The position numbers were made by a program, and so were the translations under genes. A DNA stretch of 64,000 bases from an uncultured Clostridia bacterium (GTDB lineage: Bacteria; Bacillota; Clostridia; Christensenellales; UBA1242): contig CALWEH010000012.1 in NCBI GenBank assembly GCA_944377145.1, positions 6,131-70,130 of the forward strand, read 5' to 3'. Below are positions 27,701 through 33,767 of this stretch, one piece after another. Each line of letters opens with the position of its first letter. The first letter of the stretch is position 1. The notes beneath the pieces are model-generated. The model made no database searches and was not told the origin of the DNA. It saw only the letters and a list, made by a program, of their open reading frames with translations.

Positions 27701-29094
27701 TAATTGGAGTAGGATCATTTGAAACTGGAGCAGGAATTACTGTAACAGGATTAGAAGAATATGCAAATATTTCAGCAGGGGATTTGATAAACAAAGAAAG
27801 CATTATTACAATAGAAGCACTTAAGAGTATCAATTCTCCACAAACAGTTACTGTAACATTTAGTGGAGATAAAAACCATAATGGTTCAATAGCAACATTT
27901 ACAATAGAAATTCCATCAATTATAGTACAGGTGATAACCTCTAATGGAAATGTAACAATTAATAATACAATTTCAGGAACAGATAATGAAGTTTTATTAA
28001 ATAGTAACATTACATTTACAGCTACACCTAATACAGGATATGGATTAATATATTACATTGTAGGAGATAGCACAACTTATATAAATAGTAGTGATTTGGG
28101 CGCAAACTATACCAGCCCTGCAATAACTGTGACTGAGGATAAAATTGAAAATGATGTATTAACAATCACTGTAATGTTTGATCAAATTGTAAATATTGAT
28201 ATAAATATCACAGGAGATGAAGGTTCTTTGGGTGATGGTATTACATTTACCGCCAATGTAAATAGTAATGCTGTGGCGCATAATTACTCAAATGGCCAAT
28301 TAACAGCATTTGCAACTAGCACTATAACTTACAGTATTGAGGCTGGAACAATAGAAAATCAATATTATGCTATTAAGTCTGTGAAAGTAAATGGAGAAAC
28401 CATTTCTACAAATGTAACTACAGCAAGCGGAACATATTTAGCAAGCGAATTGGAATCTATAGATATCCAAACTTCTAAAATATATGAAGCAACTGATAAA
28501 AATATTGTAGATGATTCTAAAACTGTAGCAACAGTAGAAATAGAAGTTTTCGATAATAATGAATTGCTAATTATTAACGAAGAAAAATATATACTTGAGG
28601 ACGCACAAGTAAATTACAAAGTTACTAAGAGTGATTCTAATTATGATTTCTTAGGCATTATGGTAAATGGAGAGCTACGATTGTATAATCAAGAAGACGC
28701 TAGTACATGGGATTATGATGAAAATACAAATACTTACACATGGAAGAACCAAGTATATAGTGAAAACGTCTCAAATGCTGAACCAGTAGTATTAGAGAGA
28801 TGGTTTACTCCAGGAGTAACAACTGACAAAACTATCAATGTTCAAGTTGATTCAGGAATAAATGCAGAACTTGCAAATACAGTTATTGGATATAAGTATG
28901 CGTTAGCTACAGGAATATTTACAAGCGGAACAGCATCATTATATGCTGGAACATGGCAAGTAAATTTAATTAACTCAAATGCTAGTGTAACTATATCTGT
29001 AACAAGAAATGGTTCAGTAGAAAATTATAGTGTTGGAGATGAATTTATAATAGACTCTAACACAACTAATGTAACAATTATAATAACAGAATAA
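15715..29094 (+). CDS. Giant (4459 aa) N-terminally anchored multi-repeat surface protein / putative adhesin
   Basis: Uninterrupted 13,380-nt ORF with SD GGAG 7 nt upstream and an N-terminal hydrophobic helix (ILIPVIIGVVILTSAIIASVVGI). The recurrent motif GYTFKGWYT...TIYAQW is the Listeria-Bacteroides (Flg_new / InlB B-repeat type) repeat. SGYTYGG...AGTYYMYA units are MBG-like, and ATGSVSISPASRTVTYG...TVTVTAAQS units are Ig-like. I saw no LPXTG, SLH or choline-binding repeats at the C-terminus. Confidence 0.85.
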   Translation: MKSIKKILIPVIIGVVILTSAIIASVVGIKVKQNKEDNAVQDQVEIEDTQTSGAAANTISWGSNQGTVTFTTGTNYTSTTSYYITFTLRQSVGTVATYNRRMTGGGTSYTWNFLSYLDSSHLNLAYRSVYVQVQMRRSSYTGTVLSSVKTASKNIISIKADPNGGRWDTTSAIGDWSSTSSSTGSRTRYLLEGQILTSSCFITSATYLSRRGYTLRSSGGCFWYADRNASMIATSLFPSDGTTYYAGWQVNSEVFNEGYFLTGEFFGTNSGYGSTKSVIYGTDLGSTGSMYFSGTIPDGIAANFSVYCSYNDGDYEQTYSINNYSTATGQMDFDNFMSSKNAGTYKFYVYAFLYGTNCYNGPYAYVSTKTSSTYTLTITKANISPSVSMSGYTYGGTKSSPSISGNSGGGSVTYYYNTSNSNSNGTAWSNVSSSTSLNAGTYYMYAVVAATTNYNGATTATKSFTISKASISPSVSMSGYTYGGTKSSPSISGNTGGGSVTYYYNTSNSNSGGTAWSNVSSSTSLNAGTYYMYAVVGSTTNYNGATTATKSFTIARATGSVSISPASRTVTYGTSSTTFTVSGTGTLSASDNNGTVSVSVSGSTLTVSNLASINAGTTITVTVTAAQSTNYNSASKTCTVTITKANISPTVNMSGYTYGGTKSSPSVSGNSGGGSVTYYYNTSNSNSGGTAWSSVSSSTSLNAGTYYMYAVVGSTTNYNGATTATKSFTIARATGSVSISPASRTVTYGTSSTTFTISGTGTLSASDNNGTATVSVSGSTLTVSNLASINAGTTITVTVTAAQSTNYNSASKTCTVTISRATGSVSISPASRTVTYGTSSTTFTVSGTGTLSASDNNSTATVSISGSTLTVSNLSSISAGTTITITVTAAQSTNYNSASKTCTVTISRTTGSVSISPASRSLAYGTSSTTFTVSGTGTLSASDNNSTATVSISGSTLTVSNLASIGAGTTITVTVTAAQSTNYNSASKTCTVTISTCVLTANANGGSISSTSGWSGTGNTATKTLNYGASYSTLPSVSRTGYTLKGWYTASSGGTQVTSSTTMGRTNTTIYAQWTINTYTVKVTRNSNNVTHPTSINISASGCTISDSSIAAGESATISHTYSTSPITISFEFTRSNTSYNYYADINVNGSWNSSMKNSGSYSWTPTSNITIHLGILELFTVKSQAGTGVSSATFYYIWGDPIGPVTTREVYYGGGIDFSATVKTGYTFKGWYTNSAGTGTAVSTSADFSIEKQNPGITDSATYYAIATPNTYTITYNGNGHTGGSTSNSTHTYDVSKALNTNGYTKQGYSFMGWATSASGSKVYNDGQAVLNLTSTNGATVTLYAVWAVGQSPYTVNLYVMNTSGSYALNSTVTRNGTTNSTITLSTLAEDAGSNIIVPNGIEYSYGTVGGSTVTSTTVLADGSRTINLYFERLKHTLTRDLDGGYVSTNNSRNYTVDVYYQRTLSFGATDLKVGYSLVGYTLSGGGGATVTSLASNGNATFTMGTEDVTLTSQWEANTYNLYYDYNDGSNPNLYGYHLVVDSEMTYSNGEFTTASASSLVSGNAYSFSKVQLYNGSSYVSELSIKDSTGTFVTTFTKTEDVNRIKIAANGNLADNGIYISIDNLINNETYTIQCLITSYSSSTIKFKNIKIEQGSTATAYTQEAKAVTYDSNYGTLPTPTRTGYTFNGWVNNYFDLESFVNFYNDNNSVNTGYTPYLMPDGHTIRWCGPSGHDGKDIIYKPGVTVDGKTYGTALANGTYRLSYYGDCPTINEGQSTTNLCVVNADGGVIVNPGYVPCDGVRHFYSFTFNVDDNFGGFRLSYNYSYLTYFDNIILERIDDHTPTYTTSSSTVKTPIDHTLTASWDINSYTLTANANGGSISSTSGWSGTGNTATKSVTYQASYGTLPTVTREGYTFKGWYTASSGGTQVTSSTTMGAGNTTIYAQWDINSYTLTANANGGSISSTSGWSGTGNTATKTLNYGASYGTLPSVSRTGYTLKGWYTASSGGTQVTSSTTMGIGNTTIYAQWTINSYTLTANANGGTISSTSGWSGTGNTATKTLNYGASYGTLPSVSRTGYTLKGWYTASSGGTQVTSSTIMGIGNTTIYAQWTINTYTVTVTRGGNITHPTSINISASGCTISDSSIAAGESATISHTYSTSPITISFEFTRSDSSYNYHASINVNGAWNSGITNSGSYSWTPTGNITLDLYIYEMFLVKVEAGTGVSNAEFDYIWRDSINNSSLTSYNVLYGAGIDFRATIQEGYTFKGWYTNSEGTGTPVSTSANFSIEENNPGITDSATYYAIAEPVGLQVVLNKQGGGNNETIDVTYTQALPNVTPPVRDGYTFGGYFTQPLGQGEQYYNSNGQGIKNWDKTSGAVLYAKWTAVMNIVYVGEQDNIRDATDINLSVTSGSFSANSLSLGETARYSIVAGASVDSITITATRAGSGNYYINFGSNCSTSSSLNTATYSVVPSNRTINIYLAQRMFLRVTHTTNYDECVHSTNLEFSSSGAKLNIIQPVLERGEQNYIYAIYNSGNVILTASATNSQYDYYIETLYDGDYEANPISWDTTFDAYVYYSVIERFTVDIGSTTGISSAQFSVDWRGNITTYSSAQSVLQGSGITFTAQLEQGYSFKGWYDNPEGTGNPLSTSLEYEYCVYANPGGGGVRSNVTLYAVANISTYTVTVTIKDNNVTHPTSINISASGCTISDSSIAAGESSTISHTYSTSPITISFEFTKSDSSYNYNAGVYVNSSWNSSFTNSGNYSWTPTGNIDINLYIYEMFLVKVEAGTGVSNAEFDYIWNNTEGPLTEYNYVVYGAGIDFRATVEEGYTFKGWYTNSEGIGTAVSTSANFSIEEKNPGITDSATYYAIATPNSYTLTANANGGSISSTSGWSGTGNSATKSVTYQTSYGTLPSVSRTGYTFKGWYTQSSGGTQVTSSTIMGIGNTTIYAQWTINIYTVTVTRSGNITHPTSVNITASGCTITDSSIAAGESSTISHTYSTSPITISFEFTRSNTSYNYYASINMNGSWYGSMTNSGSYNWTPTGNIDINLYIYEQFLIEVEAGTGISNAEFDYILNSNFESSLTSKNALYGAGIDFRATVEEGYTFKGWYTNSEGTGNPVSTSANFSIEENNPGITDSATYYAIASVDNYSVTLDYNGGTDNLFNNNNNLLDGTFENGETGSPTIQSEGIADISNNSFNGNNSLRFNSTVPGTYGSRLVYWISSLQNGDYRLRARVMASEDTELILTVERNDTYAQLIQTYIDLQANTWVQIDGTFNINFDASMALIFRIVDLNVDLYIDDIEITNISSNYSPKTSYEYNINTGEVKLPYAVKSGYVFKGWNTKADGTGDYVTSYNGALQANVTYYAIYELSAATVVISGDKSSIKYGSEGATISASVDTNGLSSSLTYQWYRGTSEDFEMNSTSLISGANSSTYNHTASLTDAGTYYYKVLVTNSKDGETAKAIASNTIQLVVNPGDANLEISMQGYTYNETVASPQVENNISGGEVTFYYNTSESSTGGTLWNNVTPTSLNAGTYYMYATVSANGNYLAGVSNIVEFVVAKGDLNSTITTNNNNLFSKVYDGTELSAYITAPFTYTVYFGPTIDYGAVIENSANSLTKIAGRTTIGSETYYYRITAPNFEDEVGNITLTINPREVAVVWEIETYTYNGTDQGESVKAYYEDASGTKVYCDVSFNGEDTVFMNAGSYIATASDESGVYILTNTTIEVEMNKASVTITADNKTITYGDNAPTFTHSVSGNIASKDSYTVSYSVVDIDNSPVIVSNTTDAGQYIIKPSSNLSTDNYNISYENGSLIINKYNLSNATIDDIEDYTYTGYDITPKPSVTALGVVLTENVHYMYSYDENVKVGEATVTATAVEDSNFTGSISTTFNITSVVVQIPTSQSELVYTAQEQTANIPTSSQYTLTNNTATDAGNYNATASLVDKENYTWSDGSATDKLIPFTIKKADTEITLEKQTVELRTGTTTTNKASVIGVGSFETGAGITVTGLEEYANISAGDLINKESIITIEALKSINSPQTVTVTFSGDKNHNGSIATFTIEIPSIIVQVITSNGNVTINNTISGTDNEVLLNSNITFTATPNTGYGLIYYIVGDSTTYINSSDLGANYTSPAITVTEDKIENDVLTITVMFDQIVNIDINITGDEGSLGDGITFTANVNSNAVAHNYSNGQLTAFATSTITYSIEAGTIENQYYAIKSVKVNGETISTNVTTASGTYLASELESIDIQTSKIYEATDKNIVDDSKTVATVEIEVFDNNELLIINEEKYILEDAQVNYKVTKSDSNYDFLGIMVNGELRLYNQEDASTWDYDENTNTYTWKNQVYSENVSNAEPVVLERWFTPGVTTDKTINVQVDSGINAELANTVIGYKYALATGIFTSGTASLYAGTWQVNLINSNASVTISVTRNGSVENYSVGDEFIIDSNTTNVTIIITE
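16852..18699 (+). repeat. Seven tandem 264-nt (88-aa) coding modules: MBG-like (M) and Ig-like (I) in order M-M-I-M-I-I-I
   Basis: Unit boundaries fall at 16852, 17116, 17380, 17644, 17908, 18172 and 18436, ending at 18699, all in frame. A stretch of about 100 nt (ACAGCTACTAAGTCATTTACAATAGCAAGAGCAACAGGCTCAGTAAGCATAAGTCCAGCAAGCAGAACAGTGACTTATGGTACATCTAGCACAACCTTTACA) is identical at offset 528 nt. Confidence 0.9.
18946..19518 (+). repeat. Dispersed ~575-nt coding module, copy 1 of 4
   Basis: Begins TYTVKVTR...NVTHPTSINISASGCTISDSSIAAGESATISHTYSTSPITISFEFTRS and ends GYTFKGWYTNSAGTGTAVSTSADFSIEKQNPGITDSATYYAIA. Long runs are identical to copies 2-4 at the DNA level. Confidence 0.9.
21322..22059 (+). 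repeat. Three tandem 246-nt (82-aa) Listeria-Bacteroides repeat units
   Basis: Units start at 21322, 21568 and 21814 (YTLTANANGG(S/T)ISSTSGWSGTGNTATK...GYT(F/L)KGWYTASSGGTQVTSST.MG.GNTTIYAQW). Single extra copies lie near 18703-18945 and 24343-24585. Confidence 0.9.
22057..22632 (+). repeat. Dispersed ~575-nt coding module, copy 2 of 4
   Basis: Same module. The string CCAACTAGCATAAATATTTCAGCAAGCGGTTGTACAATAAGCGATAGTTCAATAGCAGCAGGAGAAAGTGCAACAATCAGTCATACATATTCTACATCTCCAATAAC is shared with copy 1. Confidence 0.9.
23755..24330 (+). repeat. Dispersed ~575-nt coding module, copy 3 of 4
   Basis: Same module (TYTVTVTIKDNNVTHPTSINISASGCTISDSSIAAGESSTISH ... ATYYAIA). Confidence 0.9.
24586..25158 (+). 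repeat. Dispersed ~575-nt coding module, copy 4 of 4
   Basis: Same module (IYTVTVTRSGNITHPTSVNITASGCTITDSSIAAGESSTISH ... ATYYAIA). Confidence 0.9.
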
Positions 29095-29244
29095 TGTGAT
29101 AAAGAGATTAAGGATTGATAAATAAAATTTGTCAATATAAGGTAAAATTGCCTTGCGTCCTTACGCAAAGGACTTAATGCTTGACCTTAACAAAGCAATG
29201 ATGCTTATAAGTGTCGGGTGTGAGTTGGACCTGAAACACAACTT

Positions 29245-29276
29245 AAAAAGAGAAGTAATTTCACTTCTCTTTTTTT
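29245..29276 (+). terminator. Rho-independent terminator after the giant gene
   Basis: AAAAAGAGAAGT (29245-29256), loop AATTTC, ACTTCTCTTTTT (29263-29274), with the T-run continuing. Confidence 0.8.
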
Positions 29277-29714
29277 ATTATTAAATAAATTAAAATAAAA
29301 TTTTGTTAAATTTTATAAATAAAAAATAATAAATAAAAAATAATGATAAATAAATATTATTTTATTACAAAACTACTTATTTAAAGTATATTGTTTTCAT
29401 TTTTAAAATTAATATTTTTATTTTTTAAATTTAATTTTAATTTATTGTATAAATATTTAATTTTATTATATTTTAATTTTAAAGTTATTAATTTTTGAGT
29501 TTGTTCTTGAGCCACTTTTTCTTTTACAAGAGATATTACTCCATTAAACAAAGCTAAAATATCTTTATCTTTAATTTTGCTTGGCATACTAAGAATCTTT
29601 ATGTTTTCTAATTTATGTAAAGATTTTAATTTAAAAAAAAGACTTTGTTTTAATACCGCTTTTTTATATTGATGTTTAGGTGTTATGTTAATTAAATTTA
29701 TCATATATAGATAA

Positions 29715-30683
29715 TTGACAATTATTTTTAATTTATACATCATATTTAGAGATTGTTTAAATATAATCAAAAAATATATAAAAATCATATATAATAATGT
29801 GAAATTCTATTTATATTCATCTCAAGACTTAATATTAAAATCAGATAGTGAAATCCACACTATTATAGGTGGAGAAATTTTTAGCTTGAGTTTAAATAAT
29901 GGAGAAAAAGTATGGATATATTCAACTACAAGTCAAGGAGTAATAGTATTAGATGAAAATATAGTTCAGTCTAGACAACATAGTCAAATAATATTCCATG
30001 TATTAAATAAACAAGATGTTTTATGTGAAATAAAACCCTTTATAAGTTTTGATTTAGGAATTTCATATTCACTTCAAAATTCTAATTTAAAATATATTGA
30101 CGATGGCAAGTATATGTACATACAATTTAAAGATAATATTATTTGTCATGAAAAAATATATTTATCTCCTACATTTTATAAATTTTCACGCAATAACAAA
30201 GAATATGGATTATTAAAATGGGAGGGGGAGAATAAATATATAATATTTATAAATAATGAAGAATTGCTATATAATTCTAGATATATAGATTATGAATTAA
30301 CTGACAAGCATTTACAAATATATTCTCACGAACCAAATGTTTTTAATGTTGGGAAGTTAACAGAATACAATTTTCAAACTACAAATTTTGAATATAAAAG
30401 TATTAAAGATAGAGGAGAGGAAAAACATCTTATAAACAATGAATTTAATTTGATATATTTTTTAGAAGCTATAAAATGTGGTAGATTTAAATATGCTCAT
30501 TCTAAATTATCATACGATTTAAGAACAACTATTAATTTACAGATTTTAGAGCAATATTTTTCTCCATTTGATAAATACATCTTTTTACATGAACAACAAG
30601 CTTATATAACAACAAAAAATGACAAAATAGTAGGTATATACCATTTTGTCATTAAAGATAATTTAATAGATAATATTTATTAA
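29715..30683 (+). CDS. Hypothetical protein, no family recognised, start uncertain
   Basis: Long ORF with ordinary, non-low-complexity composition after about aa 30. The only in-frame start candidates before aa ~133 are TTG 29715 (itself part of a TTGACA) and GTG 29799. No SD precedes either. Confidence 0.5.
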   Translation: MTIIFNLYIIFRDCLNIIKKYIKIIYNNVKFYLYSSQDLILKSDSEIHTIIGGEIFSLSLNNGEKVWIYSTTSQGVIVLDENIVQSRQHSQIIFHVLNKQDVLCEIKPFISFDLGISYSLQNSNLKYIDDGKYMYIQFKDNIICHEKIYLSPTFYKFSRNNKEYGLLKWEGENKYIIFINNEELLYNSRYIDYELTDKHLQIYSHEPNVFNVGKLTEYNFQTTNFEYKSIKDRGEEKHLINNEFNLIYFLEAIKCGRFKYAHSKLSYDLRTTINLQILEQYFSPFDKYIFLHEQQAYITTKNDKIVGIYHFVIKDNLIDNIY

Positions 30684-30685
30684 AG

Positions 30686-33100
30686 CTAAGATTGATTTTC
30701 TTCTGGGGTTATTTTCTTTATGCAATCAAATGCTTTACACAACAAACAATATACAGGGTAAGATGATTCAATTACTATAATTGTAAATAAAGTTTCTGTT
30801 ACAGAAAGGTCTACATAACTAATTAAATTTGGGAAGAAGATTATAATAGAAAGAGATATTGCCGTCATAGTTACTAATAAAATTCCTCTAAGTACATTAA
30901 ATGGTCTACAAATACTAAATAGTACAATTAAACCAGTGCAAGTAACAGCTATAGATGCCATTGTAGCTAAAGTTGCATTTGATGTTGAAAATAAGTATTG
31001 ATATATATACATTGCTACAGCATTTAATACTAATAAAATACCTGCAGGAAGAGCATTTTTTAATAAATTTGCAATAAACTTACCTTTAATTATATTGTGG
31101 TTTGGTTGCAATGCCAGGAAGAAAGATGGAAGACCTATAACAAATACTTCTAGAATTAAGAATTGTACAGGACTAAACGGATAGCTTTTTCCTAATATCA
31201 ATACCATTATAGACACAATGATTGTAAATAAAGTTTTCATTAAGAATAATGATGAAGATTTTTGTATATTATTTACAACCCTTCTTCCTTCAGCAACTAC
31301 ACTAGGCATAGAGCTAAAATTACTATCTAATAATACAAGATGAGATACACTTCTTGCAGCATCACTTCCGGCAGCAATAGCAACAGAGCAATCAGCCTCT
31401 TTTAAAGCTAAAATATCATTTACACCATCTCCTGTCATAGCTACAGTTTTTCCTTTAGCTTTTAGTGCTTTTACAAGTGTTGCTTTTTGTTCAGGAGTTA
31501 CACGTCCAAAAATTGTATATTTATCTGCAATTTCAATAACTTCTTGTTTAGACATGCCTTGCAAACTAATATAATTTTCAAATTTTTCTATTCCAACTCG
31601 TCTGGCAACTTCGCTTACTGTTACAGGGTTGTCTCCAGAAATTACTCTTATATCAACATCATTGTTTTTAAACCATTCAATAGTAGATTGAGCATCTTTA
31701 CGAATGTTATCTTCAAGTAATATAAATGCTATTGGATTAGAATTTTCATTTGAGAAGTTTTTATCACTTTCTACAAGCATTAATACTCTAAATCCTTTTG
31801 AAGCAAATTCATCAGCTTGACGTTTTAAAGCTTGAGAAGGAGATTTTGTAACATATTCATAAGCACCAATTTTAAAGCTTCCTAGTTTATGAAAAGTACA
31901 ACCCATAAATTTTCTTTCAGAAGAGAAAGGAATAGATTTTTCAGCTGTTAAAGACCCTTTTCCAAAATAAGATTTCAAAGCAATTGCAGTATGGTTAGCT
32001 TCATGGAAAGCTCCTACAATAGAGGCAATTATTTTACTTATATTTTTATCATCATATTTGTTATTAGAAATATTAATCATTTCTCTAACTTTCATAGATC
32101 CATCTGTTAACGTTCCTGTTTTGTCTAAACACAACACATTAACTCTAGCCAACATTTCAATGCAGTATAATTCTTGCACAAGAGTTCGTTTTTTTGCAAG
32201 TCTTACAACGCTAACAGCTAAGGCTACAGATGTTAATAAGAACATTCCTGCTGGAATCATACCAATAATACTTCCAGCTGTTTTTGTTACTGTGTTGAAT
32301 AAATTCCCATCATAAACTTTGTAATTATTAAAAAACATTAAAGTTCCTAATGGGATAATTATAATTCCAATTAATTTAATAATAAAAGAAAGAGATGCAA
32401 GTAATTCACTTTTTGGTTTTGAATATTTTTTTGCTCTACTTGAAAGCTTTTCTATATAATTTGCACTTCCCACCTTTTCTACTTGGGCCTTGCAAGTTCC
32501 GCTTGATATAAAACTGCCTGCCATCAAAGGATCTCCAATATTTTTTCTAATAGGGTGGGATTCTCCTGTTAACAAACTTTCATTAACTTCCACACTTCCG
32601 TCTACAACAATGCTGTCAGAAGCTATTTGCATTCCTGAGGCTAAAATTAAAATGTCGTCAACTACAACTTCATTTTTGTAAATTTCAATTTCTTCGCCCT
32701 CTCTTAAAACTTTTGTAAAATTTGAATTTGTTAAAGTCAATTTGTCAATAGTTTTCTTTGCTTTAATTTCTTGAATAATACTAATACAAGTATTTGCTAT
32801 AACTATAACCATAAAAAAAGTATCTGAAAAAGAACCTACCAACCATAATGCTACTGCACAAGCCAAACAAATCATATTAAAAAATGTAAAAATATTGCTA
32901 AATAATATTTTAGCATAACTTTTAGAAGTTTTAGTCTCACTAACATTAGTAAGCCCAGCCACAACTCTTTCATTTATTTGAGATTGATTTAGTCCTGTAT
33001 TTATATCTGTATTTATTTTCTTATAATTTATATTGTTTTTTGAATTATTTTTAATTTTCTTTTGACTTGAATTATTCATAAATCCTCTTTTAATTATCAT
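30686..33100 (-). CDS. Cation-transporting P-type ATPase
   Basis: 804 aa with phosphorylation motif DKTGTLT, hinge motif TGDGVNDILALKEADCSVAIA, TGES actuator motif and multiple TM helices. An alternative start is ATG 33079, preceded by AGAGGA. Confidence 0.9.
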   Translation of the reverse strand: MIIKRGFMNNSSQKKIKNNSKNNINYKKINTDINTGLNQSQINERVVAGLTNVSETKTSKSYAKILFSNIFTFFNMICLACAVALWLVGSFSDTFFMVIVIANTCISIIQEIKAKKTIDKLTLTNSNFTKVLREGEEIEIYKNEVVVDDILILASGMQIASDSIVVDGSVEVNESLLTGESHPIRKNIGDPLMAGSFISSGTCKAQVEKVGSANYIEKLSSRAKKYSKPKSELLASLSFIIKLIGIIIIPLGTLMFFNNYKVYDGNLFNTVTKTAGSIIGMIPAGMFLLTSVALAVSVVRLAKKRTLVQELYCIEMLARVNVLCLDKTGTLTDGSMKVREMINISNNKYDDKNISKIIASIVGAFHEANHTAIALKSYFGKGSLTAEKSIPFSSERKFMGCTFHKLGSFKIGAYEYVTKSPSQALKRQADEFASKGFRVLMLVESDKNFSNENSNPIAFILLEDNIRKDAQSTIEWFKNNDVDIRVISGDNPVTVSEVARRVGIEKFENYISLQGMSKQEVIEIADKYTIFGRVTPEQKATLVKALKAKGKTVAMTGDGVNDILALKEADCSVAIAAGSDAARSVSHLVLLDSNFSSMPSVVAEGRRVVNNIQKSSSLFLMKTLFTIIVSIMVLILGKSYPFSPVQFLILEVFVIGLPSFFLALQPNHNIIKGKFIANLLKNALPAGILLVLNAVAMYIYQYLFSTSNATLATMASIAVTCTGLIVLFSICRPFNVLRGILLVTMTAISLSIIIFFPNLISYVDLSVTETLFTIIVIESSYPVYCLLCKAFDCIKKITPEENQS

Positions 33101-33185
33101 AACATATTATAAATAAATATACAAACACATTTTAAAAAAGTACAAAAATTTTAATAAATTCATATATACAATTAGGAGATTTAAT

Positions 33186-33701
33186 ATGGATATAAATAAA
33201 ATTGAAATCAGGGCTTCAACAGAGTATCCTGAAATTGTAGGAGCAACTAATGATCCTAAAACAGTTGGAATATTGAAAGATTTGCTATCTTCAAGAATAA
33301 GCGAAGTAACGGCTATTATGCAATATTTTTATCAATCAAGAATTGCTAAAGGAGTAGAAGACGATATTTCTAGTTTATTAGAAGAAATTGCAATAGTAGA
33401 AATGGAACACATGGAATTGTTGATGGACGCTATAATTAGTTTTGGAGGAACTCCAATATATACAAATAGTAAAGGACAATATTTTAATGCTTCATATGTA
33501 AATTATGCAACTAAATTAAAAGATATGTTAGATTCTAACATTTTCAGCGAACAACAAGCTATAAATGATTATTCTAATGCACAAAATATGGTTAATAATA
33601 AATCTTTAAAAGATTTGTTTGCGAGAATAATAGAAGACGAGCAAATGCATTTAAAAGTGTTTAAAACTTTAAGAGAAAATGTTAAATTTTTATCTATTTA
33701 A
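33186..33701 (+). CDS. Ferritin-like di-metal protein (CotJC / manganese-catalase-like)
   Basis: 171 aa with two E-x-x-H motifs (VEMEHMELL and EDEQMHLKV). The layout resembles CotJC/rubrerythrin-type four-helix bundles. AGGAG SD lies upstream. Confidence 0.6.
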   Translation: MDINKIEIRASTEYPEIVGATNDPKTVGILKDLLSSRISEVTAIMQYFYQSRIAKGVEDDISSLLEEIAIVEMEHMELLMDAIISFGGTPIYTNSKGQYFNASYVNYATKLKDMLDSNIFSEQQAINDYSNAQNMVNNKSLKDLFARIIEDEQMHLKVFKTLRENVKFLSI

Positions 33702-33767
33702 AATTTAATTACATATTAATAAAATTTAAAAAAAATAAATAATTAAAAAATTATTTATTTTTTTATT

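Noticed and set aside
27567-28010. 147-aa antisense ORF inside the giant gene, and the alternative-frame ORFs 15791-15979 and 21372-21566
   Set aside because: They lie entirely within a much longer ORF that has clear domain structure. They have no SD, and their composition is what an off-frame reading of a repeat-rich gene produces.
15715-29094. Giant gene as a horizontally acquired island, based on its visibly higher G+C than the flanks
   Set aside because: The shift is explained by the Thr/Ser/Gly/Ala-rich amino-acid composition. There are no flanking tRNA, integrase, direct repeats or other mobility signatures. Codon-level analysis was not possible by eye.
29381-29788. 135-aa minus-strand ORF in the AT-rich spacer after the giant gene
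   Set aside because: It is K/N/L/I-rich low-complexity sequence, as expected from translating AT-rich DNA. It has no SD at either candidate Met (29788 or 29704). The central part (about 29500-29700) looks slightly more protein-like, so a small coiled-coil protein cannot be fully excluded, but I cannot support it.
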